Positions 1-8,711 of a stretch of DNA of 64,000 bases are shown here, piece after piece. The DNA comes from a virus: IMG/VR virus record IMGVR_UViG_3300037882_002578, positions 1-64,000 of that record. One strand, given 5' to 3'. The position numbers and the translations under genes are program-made. The notes beneath the pieces are model-generated. The model saw only the letters and a program-made list of their open reading frames with translations, ran no database searches and was not told the DNA's origin. How positions within the stretch are numbered: position 1 is the stretch's first letter; every line of letters starts with the position of its first letter.

Positions 1-341
1 GTATCCCTCTTCCCCTTTAAAACAACCCTTTCTTACAAAATAACCTCTGTTTGCTGTTGCTGTTAAGAACTCTGTAATTTTATCGGGACTTTTTTCAAAC
101 AAATCTTTTACTTTGTGAGTTAATAAAGTTAAGTTATCACTTTTGCCGTTGTGCCTTTGTAATACATCTTTTACGCCCCAATTATCACCTAAATCTTTAT
201 ATTGAATAGTCCACATTTTACCCCTTGTTCCTAAGTGTTTTAAAATATCCTCACTTGCTACTTTTGGTAATTCTGTTTCTATTTCATTTACTGCTGTTTT
301 TGCTTTTTGCCAAAAATCTAATAAGAAATTTAATGTTTTCA

Positions 342-587
342 TTATAAATAATTTTGAGGATTAAATTCTATTTTGTGGTGTCCTTTAAATATTTCCCAAC
401 GGTATAACTCCACATTAAAAACCGCCGTAAAAAAATTAGAAAGCATAAATTTAGGAAAACAACAAGGGAACAACTCAATCCAACTTTGTAAATATCTAAT
501 ATCAATTTCATAACTCTTAACTCCTTTACTTAAAAGTCTTTCGTAAATTGTAATCCAAAGGTATGTTTTTCGTTTCATAATTTCCAC
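342..587 (-). CDS. hypothetical early protein
   Basis: 81-aa ORF, same strand as neighbours, promoter-like elements upstream. Confidence 0.6.
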   Translation of the reverse strand: MEIMKRKTYLWITIYERLLSKGVKSYEIDIRYLQSWIELFPCCFPKFMLSNFFTAVFNVELYRWEIFKGHHKIEFNPQNYL

Positions 588-599
588 GTAAAAAGATTA

Positions 600-644
600 A
601 AAATTGATTAACATTTAAGTTTAACTTAAATGTTAATCAATTTT
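600..644. repeat. perfect 20-bp inverted repeat with 5-nt loop
   Basis: AAAATTGATTAACATTTAAG-TTTAA-CTTAAATGTTAATCAATTTT. Confidence 0.9.
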
Positions 645-700
645 TTGTAAATGTAATATACAAATTTATTTCGCCCGCAAAAGAAAATTAAAAAGGAATA

Positions 701-910
701 TTAAACAACCTCAAACTCCCATTCATATAAAGAAAAAGGAAATAACATCTTAATACTACTATCTTTAAATTCTAAATCATAAATAGGTTCTTCATCCTTA
801 CCTTCTTCATAATAAGATTCTACTATAACTAAATCTTTATTTAAGTGTTTATAATAGTTTGGATTATCACTTGTTACTCTAACTACTGTACTGTTTTTAA
901 TTCTTTTCAT
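701..910 (-). CDS. hypothetical early protein
   Basis: 69-aa ORF in the minus-strand early cluster. Confidence 0.65.
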   Translation of the reverse strand: MKRIKNSTVVRVTSDNPNYYKHLNKDLVIVESYYEEGKDEEPIYDLEFKDSSIKMLFPFSLYEWEFEVV

Positions 911-1046
911 TTGTTAAATTATGTTAAGTTAATTTTTAAGTATAAACGCCTTCGACTCAGGAATATAGTTTTAGGGTTGTTAAGCCTTTATTTTAGTGGG
1001 GTTGGGGTTGTCCACCTTATAAAACTCCCTCTTAAAACCTCACTTT

Positions 1047-1232
1047 TTAAACGTTGTCCCAATTAATTCTATATCTAAAACAGTTGATAATAAGCGTTTT
1101 AGTTCCTTTTCGAGGTTGTCTGAGCATACTTCCAAAGATAGCTTTTACTCTACCATCTTTATACCTTAATATAGTTTGGATGTTGTAAGGACTCTTTCTT
1201 TCTCTGTATGCATATAGGGTTATTAGTTCCAT
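1047..1232 (-). CDS. hypothetical early protein
   Basis: 61-aa ORF in the minus-strand cluster. Confidence 0.6.
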   Translation of the reverse strand: MELITLYAYRERKSPYNIQTILRYKDGRVKAIFGSMLRQPRKGTKTLIINCFRYRINWDNV

Positions 1233-1265
1233 TTTCTTACTGTTTTTTATTGTTTTGCGGGATTT

Positions 1266-1514
1266 TTATTCCCATTCTTGAACCGACTTAATGAAGTTAT
1301 ACTTATTTCCTCTGCTATTCGAGGATAAATCTACATTTATAACCTTTATAACTTCAAAATTATAATTTTTATATACTAAATTCCCATTATTAAAATGTTT
1401 TGACAAGGTATTTTGTTTTATGCTTGTCAATTCCTCTACTTTTGCGAGGTATTTTCTAATGTATTTAATGTTTTTGTTATCTATTATAAGATAAACCGCC
1501 TTATTTGTTCCCAT
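1266..1514 (-). CDS. hypothetical protein, possible small HTH/NUMOD-like DNA-binding protein
   Basis: 82 aa; helix-rich LAKVEELTSIKQNTLSKHF segment; promoter directly upstream. Confidence 0.55.
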   Translation of the reverse strand: MGTNKAVYLIIDNKNIKYIRKYLAKVEELTSIKQNTLSKHFNNGNLVYKNYNFEVIKVINVDLSSNSRGNKYNFIKSVQEWE

Positions 1515-1541
1515 AGTTGAATCGAGTTAATGAATTATAAG

Positions 1542-1573
1542 CAAATATAAGTATTTATATTCAATCTACCAAA
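1542..1573 (-). promoter_or_regulatory. Bacteroidota sigmaA-type promoter
   Basis: minus strand TTTG-N20-TATATTTG matches the -33/-7 consensus. Confidence 0.8.
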
Positions 1574-1874
1574 TTATTCAAGAGCTTTTTTAATATCCTC
1601 TAATAAATAACTGCTAAACTCTAGACTAATTAAACCGCTTTCAATGTGACTTAATATACTTTCTAGTAGTTCCTTATACTGTTGTTCTTTTGTTTCCATC
1701 TGTTTCATTTCCTTGTCTTTTAATTTTTTACGCCCGCTTTTATACTCTTAACATACTCTTGTCTTATGTAAGTAGCTAGAATACCGTAATTGTTTAAAGC
1801 AAACTGTTTCGCTTCCTCTTCTGTTACTCTCTTGTTAAGTATGTTTGTTACTGTTGTTACTAAATTACTCCCTT

Positions 1875-2114
1875 TCATTTTTTCTTTGCGGTTTTTCTTT
1901 GTACTACTCTAGTAGGGTAACCCATTAAACGATATTCTTTTAAGTCGTGTAATAGTAAACTTTGTTTTCTTTCTTTTCCCGTTGCGGTTATGTGTGGTTT
2001 ATCGCTCCATTCTTTTGGCTCGCCTTTTGAGTTAGTTTCGTATTCGCTTACATCCTCCCACGTTACAAAATTTTGTTGTATTACTTTTAAGTAAGTATAT
2101 TTATTTTCTTTCAT
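1875..2114 (-). CDS. hypothetical early protein
   Basis: 79-aa ORF with a TACATTTG -7 element at 2135-2142. Confidence 0.65.
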   Translation of the reverse strand: MKENKYTYLKVIQQNFVTWEDVSEYETNSKGEPKEWSDKPHITATGKERKQSLLLHDLKEYRLMGYPTRVVQRKTAKKK

Positions 2115-2324
2115 AACCTTGTTTTTATATAGTACAAATGTACAAAATGTTTTTAATTAAACTCCTCTTTTTTATTATTTTTTTGTGCCAATTTTTCATT
2201 TAATTCTCTACCCTCACTAATAACTGCAACCGCTTCATTAAACGTTAAACCGTTATTTAATGCAAATGTATTAACACTTAAATAGTTGTTTAGATAGTCT
2301 AAGTATAAGTTAATCTTTTCTTTA

Positions 2325-2738
2325 TTAGTCATTTTCTTTGTAGTTTATTAGTTCATAGATAATCGTCTCAAGAGCAAACCAAGCTAACGCATTTGTTATA
2401 CTACTTTGTTCAACCTTTGAACCACCTAAAAACTTATATAAGTCTTTTAAATCGTCATTATCAACCTCTAAACAGTTAAAACTTTTTACCAAGTCAATAA
2501 CGTTTGTATCCATTTGCTCGGCTTGTTCCTCTAGCAATTCAATTATTGCCTTTCTATTTTTTAACGCAAATTTATGAGTTTCATCGTAATAAATAAAACC
2601 ATTTATTCCGCTACTAGCATCACGATAATTATTTGCATTTTGTAAAAGTTCCTTGAATGGTACGCCTAACTGCTTTATAACTGCATTAGCTAACCTTTCA
2701 TTACTAACTACTTTTAAAAATTCTCTTTTACTCTTCAT
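2325..2738 (-). CDS. hypothetical early protein (GFIYY motif; conserved-looking phage protein)
   Basis: 137-aa ORF with AT-rich translation initiation region. Confidence 0.7.
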   Translation of the reverse strand: MKSKREFLKVVSNERLANAVIKQLGVPFKELLQNANNYRDASSGINGFIYYDETHKFALKNRKAIIELLEEQAEQMDTNVIDLVKSFNCLEVDNDDLKDLYKFLGGSKVEQSSITNALAWFALETIIYELINYKEND

Positions 2739-3164
2739 AACTTTATTTTTTAATGTTTACAATTGTACTATTAAAGTACCCTCTTTTATTTGTTTTTCTC
2801 TTTGTTGGTTTATATAATCCCTTAACAGTTCCCACGCTTCGCACCCTTCAGTGGTTTGTACTTCTATATGTAAAATTCGCATTGCCCTTTCAACCTCTAC
2901 AATAGATATTTTAGTCATAACTTTGTTTTTTAGTATACCCCAAAGGTAATAATTTATATTTGATTAATCTAATTTTTTAACAGTTTTATTTTTCCAATTC
3001 AGTCTCACAAATTAACACTATTTTACCGCTTGAAAGTTTAACACGTAACAAGTCAGTGAATACTTTTACATCGTTTACTATCTTTGTATTGTTTGAAGCG
3101 TTTTTAAATACCTTTAAAATTTCGCATTGCATTCCGTTATTTAACATTTTCATAGGATTAAATT

Positions 3165-3416
3165 TTATAAAGTTCTTTTTTCAGTTAACCAATTATTAAA
3201 TTCCTCTTTTTCTTGACTTTCAATTGTTTTAATTATACTTTTAACTTTCCCAACATCAGAAAAATTTAAAGTAAGTTTAATTAAGAAAAAGTTTTTATAT
3301 TGTGGGACTATTTTTTTGTTTAATAGTTCAATACTGTTATTTTTTAACTCTTGTATTAGAGTATCTTTGAAAAACTTACTTTTTAATTCTAAATTTATTT
3401 TAATGCTTGAGTCCAT
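3165..3416 (-). CDS. hypothetical early protein
   Basis: 83-aa ORF, tightly packed. Confidence 0.6.
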   Translation of the reverse strand: MDSSIKINLELKSKFFKDTLIQELKNNSIELLNKKIVPQYKNFFLIKLTLNFSDVGKVKSIIKTIESQEKEEFNNWLTEKRTL

Positions 3417-3420
3417 AAAA

Positions 3421-3687
3421 TTATATTTTATCTAAATTAAACAAATGTTTTCTACTTTCATCAATACTAGATATATAATAAACAGTATCTTTATTTAATT
3501 GACTTGTTTTAACTTTTTTAGCCGATTTTATATTAAAAATATTGTTATCATAAATAACCTCCTTATATATCCAATATCCTTTGTTTATATCAGTAGCTAC
3601 TGAAAAGATATTATTTATATTTTTAGTATCGTTCGCAAAGTTTAATAAACTGCTTTTTAAAACTTGTTTTCTTTTTAGAAGTTCCAT
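3421..3687 (-). CDS. hypothetical early protein
   Basis: 88-aa ORF, tightly packed. Confidence 0.6.
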   Translation of the reverse strand: MELLKRKQVLKSSLLNFANDTKNINNIFSVATDINKGYWIYKEVIYDNNIFNIKSAKKVKTSQLNKDTVYYISSIDESRKHLFNLDKI

Positions 3688-3944
3688 AACTTTAAATTTT
3701 ATCGATTAGTATTAATAATAAGTTAGCTAGAGTAATAAAGAAAGATATTGTTAATATAATACCAAACTTTATTATGAATTGTTTTTCAGTCTTTTGCGCC
3801 AAAAAAGAACTGAGAACAAATAAAACGGCTATGAAAATAAGTAGCAAAATGTTATTAGTTATCATAAGATTAAGATTTTAAAAGTTAGTTAAAAAGTTTC
3901 TTTTTTAATTTTGCGCCAAAAAAGAATAAAAAGCAAAGGTTTGG

Positions 3945-4199
3945 TTATTCTTCAATCCAAGTTAATAAAATTTGTTTTTCATCATTAACTACGAAAGAAA
4001 CATCTTTGTGCATAATACCAATTATACTCAAGTCTCTCAAGGTTAAGCGACCTTTTACTCTAATTTGAAAAAGTACGCCTGTATCAACATCTATTTTATC
4101 ACCTTCAAATAATTTTGATACCTCAACATTTTTAAGGTTTAAACTTTGTTCTATGTAATCTACTAATGTTTCTTTGCTTGTAAATTTGTTAACGTTCAT
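3945..4199 (-). CDS. hypothetical early protein
   Basis: 84-aa ORF with a TAGATTTG -7 element at 4240-4247. Confidence 0.65.
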   Translation of the reverse strand: MNVNKFTSKETLVDYIEQSLNLKNVEVSKLFEGDKIDVDTGVLFQIRVKGRLTLRDLSIIGIMHKDVSFVVNDEKQILLTWIEE

Positions 4200-4299
4200 G
4201 ATACTATTGTTTTTTGTGGTTACTGTTTCAATTCGATAGCAAATCTAAGAATACTATTTGAATAAACAATACAAAAAAGCAATTATTTTTAAAAAATTT

Positions 4300-4830
4300 T
4301 ATAAAGTCAATAAAATCAAGGCTTACCAGTAGTAAGAATTTCTTACAAAGTATATAAAGTAAGAAAAGGATTAAGTAGTTAAGTGTAAGAATAATTATAT
4401 AAATACTAAACTTTGCAATTAATCAATAAAAAATAAATATTGATACTTAGATACCAAACTTGTAAAAGAGTGGCTTAAAATGCCTGTAAATAAGTTTATA
4501 GGCTAAAGTATGACTATCTTACACGCTACACTCTTACAAGGCTAAAAAGTCAAATTTAGAAAATAGTTTTTTGTAAGAAGTTGAAAAACTTTGTAAGACT
4601 TCAAAAAAGCATAGAGGGAGTAGGGGAAGTCTTACTTTTTTGGTAGGGGTGATTATAGTGGGTCAGTATAGGGGCAAATACGCATACAATATTTTCAAAA
4701 TATTTCCCTTACGCCCACGCCTACACACAAACCAATTTTTGAAATAAAAACACATACAATATTTCCCTTGTCCCCCACCAATAAACATATAATATTTTTA
4801 GAAACACAAACCAATTTTTACTATTTTAAA
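4300..4830. repeat. non-coding block with short iterated motifs (possible genome end, packaging site or origin)
   Basis: repeated CTTACA/TGTAAG, CATA(C/T)AATATTT x3, CACAAACCAATTTTT x2; G-rich to C-rich switch near 4680. Confidence 0.6.
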
Positions 4831-4938
4831 ACTGCCTCTCAGATAAACTACCAGTGGGTGTTTTATTAAATGAGAAAAGGGCAGGGAGCTTTTTAGTTCT
4901 CCTTACCCTTTTAGTGGCTTATGTCAGATACCACTTTA

Positions 4939-5427
4939 TTATAACTTCCAAGTTTTAAACTGCTCTTTATATACTACTACGTCTCTTCCTTTTAGAAACT
5001 GTTTTAATTGTTTTTCTGTTAGGAGGTTTTTCTTTTTAATTTTTTCGGCGAAGTTTAAATTGTATTCTTTATCCTGCTTAGATAATATTTTAGCGTCATG
5101 GAAGGTAGAATCTTTTCTAAACCTGTAACTCTCCCTGTCAGCAACGTGGAATAAAATAACATCCAAGTCGTCTAAATCTAAAACTACTTTACCATTAAAA
5201 TCTGTTAAGATACTTGTACCTGCAGACAATATTCTATCTGTTAGAGTTATAGTGAGTTTGTCTTTTATAGAATTGAAATAGTTTACTAAGAACCCCATAG
5301 AAGAAGATTCTCCTCCATTGGTTGCAAACCATAAATTTATTTTTTCATCTTTTTCCGCCGAGTTTAATTTTTCTACTAAACTGTTAACAGATTCTTCTGT
5401 TATTTCTTCGTTAAATAAGTAATGCAT
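4939..5427 (-). CDS. ClpP/crotonase-like protease subunit
   Basis: FNEEITEES start, INLWFATNGG, LSAGT (candidate catalytic Ser) and LFH motifs resemble ClpP. Confidence 0.65.
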   Translation of the reverse strand: MHYLFNEEITEESVNSLVEKLNSAEKDEKINLWFATNGGESSSMGFLVNYFNSIKDKLTITLTDRILSAGTSILTDFNGKVVLDLDDLDVILFHVADRESYRFRKDSTFHDAKILSKQDKEYNLNFAEKIKKKNLLTEKQLKQFLKGRDVVVYKEQFKTWKL

Positions 5428-5428
5428 A

Positions 5429-5653
5429 TTAGTTTATATTGTTTAAAGAGTCTATTAATGTTTGAGTACTGTCTATGTAATCTTGAATCTCTCTACGGTC
5501 TTTTATTTCTTTTAAATCTGTTTTTAGTTTGTAAAGTCTTTCTATGTTTTCAATTTTTTGCGCCGACTTAGAGTTATCTACATAATTAAAAGTTAAGGTC
5601 AACATAGAAAATCCTATAAATACTATTACCAAAGCTGTTAAATAGTTTTTCAT
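5429..5653 (-). CDS. small membrane-anchored protein
   Basis: N-terminal hydrophobic helix. Confidence 0.6.
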   Translation of the reverse strand: MKNYLTALVIVFIGFSMLTLTFNYVDNSKSAQKIENIERLYKLKTDLKEIKDRREIQDYIDSTQTLIDSLNNIN

Positions 5654-5654
5654 T

Positions 5655-5939
5655 TTATCTTAATCCTTGTACTTCTACAGGTTCTTCTGGAGCATATACT
5701 GAATTAACTAATATAACCTTACATTCCAAAAGGTTTTGAATAAGGTATTCTGTCATATCTTGAATACTTGTTATTTCTGTTAGTAACCCTATCCCTGCAA
5801 AACCTTCTTCGTGTTTTTGAGATTTTTCTGTAGTTTGTGCTCCAGCTATTTTACCTACTACGGCTCTTGTATCTTCTAATAAAGAATAAAGTGAAGCGTT
5901 GATTATCTCTTGTCTGTTTTTGATTTGTTCTAAAGTCAT
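5655..5939 (-). CDS. hypothetical protein
   Basis: 94-aa ORF in operon. Confidence 0.65.
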   Translation of the reverse strand: MTLEQIKNRQEIINASLYSLLEDTRAVVGKIAGAQTTEKSQKHEEGFAGIGLLTEITSIQDMTEYLIQNLLECKVILVNSVYAPEEPVEVQGLR

Positions 5940-5941
5940 TT

Positions 5942-6151
5942 TTATTGTAATATATTTAATACTGATTTAATTTCCCAAATTTTTATTGTTTCCGAAGCTC
6001 TCATCAGAAGTTTAAATACTTCTGTTAAAGTTGTATTCTCTTTTACTTTTATTGGGTAATTTTTATAAATCCAATTAGAGTCATCTCCATCGTACCTTCT
6101 AGTAAACCCTACGTTTATAAGAGCTGCTATTATTTCTTCTTTGTTTATCAT
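5942..6151 (-). CDS. hypothetical protein
   Basis: 69-aa ORF in operon. Confidence 0.6.
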   Translation of the reverse strand: MINKEEIIAALINVGFTRRYDGDDSNWIYKNYPIKVKENTTLTEVFKLLMRASETIKIWEIKSVLNILQ

Positions 6152-6154
6152 AAC

Positions 6155-6454
6155 TTATACTCCCACCCATTCATAAGATAAAACTTCTTTTTTCTCCACT
6201 CTGTAAAGTTCTGAAAAACTTTCTTCGCTTCCATGTTCCCAATCGTCCAAAATAGTGTTTGTTTTCCAAGTACCCACATACTGTTCAAAATCTTTTACTT
6301 CTGGAAAATATTCTTTATGTTCTGATTTAAATTCTATAATATCCCATCTATAGTAGTTACTACCTCTTCTATGTTCTGAGTCTGTATGTATTGAAAACTC
6401 TGTTATGTCTTCAAATAAGTTTGGTTGTTCTGCGTAATTTACAGTGTTTTTCAT
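6155..6454 (-). CDS. hypothetical protein
   Basis: 99-aa ORF, ATGA overlap with upstream gene. Confidence 0.65.
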   Translation of the reverse strand: MKNTVNYAEQPNLFEDITEFSIHTDSEHRRGSNYYRWDIIEFKSEHKEYFPEVKDFEQYVGTWKTNTILDDWEHGSEESFSELYRVEKKEVLSYEWVGV

Positions 6455-6633
6455 AATTTATTTACTGTTAATATTAATTTATTTTTATTATCATCTTGTT
6501 CATTCATTTTAAAAACTTTTGATAAGTAAGCTCTTTTATAATCTCCTGGCATAAATATCAATCCTTGTTGACTTCTATACCAACCGTCGCTCATAGGTGT
6601 TAGTCTGTATTTTTTTATTTCTTCTGCTGTCAT
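6451..6633 (-). CDS. hypothetical protein
   Basis: 60-aa ORF in operon. Confidence 0.6.
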   Translation of the reverse strand: MTAEEIKKYRLTPMSDGWYRSQQGLIFMPGDYKRAYLSKVFKMNEQDDNKNKLILTVNKL

Positions 6634-6635
6634 AA

Positions 6636-6872
6636 TTATTTATAATATAAATTCATTGGTATTCCTATATCAAACCCTACAAAATTAGAAACTCTCATTT
6701 CTAATGGTATTTTTAATTCGTTGCAGTATTTATCATACTCTTTTTCTAACATATCATATTCATAATCAGGAATAGTGTTTTTATCTACTTCTAGTATATT
6801 TTCGCATTCATAATAAAAATATCTATACCTTCTTAAGTCTCTGTGTATGTTATTTAATTCCTTTAGTGTCAT
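6636..6872 (-). CDS. stand-alone NAD-dependent DNA ligase subdomain Ia-like protein
   Basis: YFYY...IPDYEYDMLEKE...SNFVG matches the LigA Ia pattern YY..D.EYD.L...VG. Confidence 0.65.
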   Translation of the reverse strand: MTLKELNNIHRDLRRYRYFYYECENILEVDKNTIPDYEYDMLEKEYDKYCNELKIPLEMRVSNFVGFDIGIPMNLYYK

Positions 6873-6874
6873 AG

Positions 6875-7258
6875 TTAATCTTTCAACATTTTAAAAAATA
6901 ATTTCTCTGATTCTTCTACTGATTTTTTACTTTTCTTTAAACTTTCTTTTCTTTGTTTTATAATTTCTTTTGCTCCCATATTAAAAGACTGTAAATTTAT
7001 ATATTCTCCAGGATTTTCAAGTACATAGTCATACCACTCAAAAAGTTTGCTAATTTCTACATTGTTTTTAAGGCAAAATTTAATATCACTCATATTGAAG
7101 AAGTAATCGTTAATCATACAAACTGAACCAATGTCATCCCCAATCCAGTACATCTCAACATCTGAAGCATCTTCAACTTCAAAATATTTTTTAATAAATT
7201 GATCTACTAATTTGTTTGTAAAAGTTTCCCACTTATATAAAGTTCTATCTATTGTCAT
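6875..7258 (-). CDS. hypothetical protein
   Basis: 127-aa ORF, first gene after the promoter at 7276-7307. Confidence 0.7.
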   Translation of the reverse strand: MTIDRTLYKWETFTNKLVDQFIKKYFEVEDASDVEMYWIGDDIGSVCMINDYFFNMSDIKFCLKNNVEISKLFEWYDYVLENPGEYINLQSFNMGAKEIIKQRKESLKKSKKSVEESEKLFFKMLKD

Positions 7259-7275
7259 GTTCTAATTATTTTTTA

Positions 7276-7307
7276 CAAATATACTAAACTTATTTGATTA
7301 CACCAAA
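7276..7307 (-). promoter_or_regulatory. sigmaA-type promoter
   Basis: TTTG-N20-TATATTTG on minus strand. Confidence 0.8.
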
Positions 7308-7311
7308 CAAA

Positions 7312-7340
7312 AAAGCAGAAACTTTTAGGTCTCTGCTTAA
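7312..7340 (-). terminator. intrinsic terminator
   Basis: minus strand AAGCAGAGACC-TAAAA-GTTTCTGCTT followed by a T-tract. Confidence 0.6.
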
Positions 7341-7385
7341 TTTATTGCAATAATAACGCAATTTATATGTTTTTTGCTTAAAATG

Positions 7386-7518
7386 TACAACGTCTTGCTA
7401 CTAGGCGATGTAGCGGGTTAAAATTCACTATTTTTCGGAGTTTGCCAGATTCTCCAAGTACAAAATCATTATTCAATTCAGCCAAATCCCGCTATGACGC
7501 TTAGTAGCTGTTGTAGGT
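7386..7518 (-). mobile_element. attC-like recombination hairpin A
   Basis: TACAAC-5nt-GCTACTAGGCG-ATG-TAGCGGG...CCCGCTA-TGA-CGCTTAGTAGC-T-GTTGTA; central loop homologous to site B. Confidence 0.7.
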
Positions 7519-7622
7519 AGTTGAAATTTTTGTGTTTGTTTTCGGAAAATAATTGTTAATGTCAAAAATATTTACTATTTTCGCATTTCGGATAATTTAA
7601 AATAATTGCTTATGAGGATAAT

Positions 7623-7748
7623 ATGGAGAGTAATTCCAATATACCTGAAGCTACGATAGTAGTATGGTATAAAACGGAGGTTGTCAAATTCATTGCCCTG
7701 GAAGTGGTGAAATTTGGACTAACCTTGCTAATCGAAAGATTTAGCTAA
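7623..7748 (+). CDS. 41-aa peptide with hydrophobic C-terminal half (inside cassette)
   Basis: MESNSNIPEATIVVWYKTEVVKFIALEVVKFGLTLLIERFS, translated by hand; weak promoter-like element upstream. Confidence 0.35.
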   Translation: MESNSNIPEATIVVWYKTEVVKFIALEVVKFGLTLLIERFS

Positions 7749-7953
7749 ACTTAATTTTAGGAAGTCGAATTGTGCTCTAACACCTTTCGGCTTTCTTTTT
7801 TCTGTCTTTATGAGTATCATTAATTGCAATGCAAAAATCAACTATAGAAAACAACACTGCAAATATACAACTAAATTATACATATACAAATATATTGTAT
7901 GTTTTTACATTATTTTAATCTCTGTAAACAAACACAAAAATTTCAAATAACTT

Positions 7954-8250
7954 ATGATACAAACTGAAAACATTAGCAAAGAACACTATATTAAGGCAAT
8001 ATGTCCACAATATTTTATAAAACTACCATTCAATAAAAATGAAAAAATAAATGAAACCAAAGTAACTTGTGTATTTATGGGCAACTCTGTAATTGGTCAT
8101 TTAGAATGCGTAGGTATAGAGTATTTCGATAAAATTGATACTGAAATACTTTTAAGTAAAACTTTTGGTAAATGCTCTCCAATTTATGTCTCTGTCTTTA
8201 AAGGAATACCTTTTAATATAGATGAACAACGTAAAAGGTTAATTATTTAA
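7954..8250 (+). CDS. hypothetical cassette protein
   Basis: 98-aa ORF, the only sizeable non-shadow plus-strand ORF in the left arm, lies between the attC-like sites. Confidence 0.65.
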   Translation: MIQTENISKEHYIKAICPQYFIKLPFNKNEKINETKVTCVFMGNSVIGHLECVGIEYFDKIDTEILLSKTFGKCSPIYVSVFKGIPFNIDEQRKRLII

Positions 8251-8502
8251 AGCGTTTCTGTAAAAGTCTTCATCTTTGATTCTTTCTGCTGTACTTTCAA
8301 CACCTAGTATTTTTATTTGTGCAGATTTAGCACTTTCTAAAAGAAATTCACAAAACTGTTCTACTTCGCTGTAAGTTCTGGTTTCAAATTTATGAAGTAT
8401 GTCAAAGGCAACATTTCTAAAAAATTCAGCTTTTGGGTTTGATAAGTCTCTTCCGTTATTATTACTTAAATAGTTTATAATCTCTTTAATTTCTGTTGTC
8501 AT
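8239..8502 (-). CDS. hypothetical cassette protein
   Basis: 87-aa ORF starting about 50 bp after the GTT of site B. Confidence 0.65.
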   Translation of the reverse strand: MTTEIKEIINYLSNNNGRDLSNPKAEFFRNVAFDILHKFETRTYSEVEQFCEFLLESAKSAQIKILGVESTAERIKDEDFYRNALNN

Positions 8503-8548
8503 TTTATGTTTTCGTGTTTTTCAACGTTTTCGGCTTTTCTTATCAATT

Positions 8549-8685
8549 ACCTACAACGTTCTCGCGCTACAGCGGGTTTGGGGTTAAAAATGCGTAATCT
8601 TTCGGATTTGCCAAATCATCCCAAATACAAAACCATTTCCAAATTAAGCTAATTGCCCAAATCCGTTGTAGCGTGTGTTATTAAT
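8549..8685 (-). mobile_element. attC-like recombination hairpin B
   Basis: CTACAAC-5nt-20-bp arm (8563-8582)...arm (8656-8675)-T-GTT; the three arm mismatches are all G-T wobbles on the + strand. Confidence 0.7.
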
Positions 8686-8690
8686 AATCA

Positions 8691-8711
8691 AAGATACTGC
8701 TTTAGTATCTT
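8691..8711 (-). terminator. possible terminator after groES
   Basis: AAGATAC-TGCTTTA-GTATCTT hairpin. Confidence 0.45.

Noticed and set aside
3792-3925. 17-bp direct repeat TTTTGCGCCAAAAAAGA at about 3792 and 3909
   Set aside because: Only two copies within or near small membrane-protein ORFs; no further structure.
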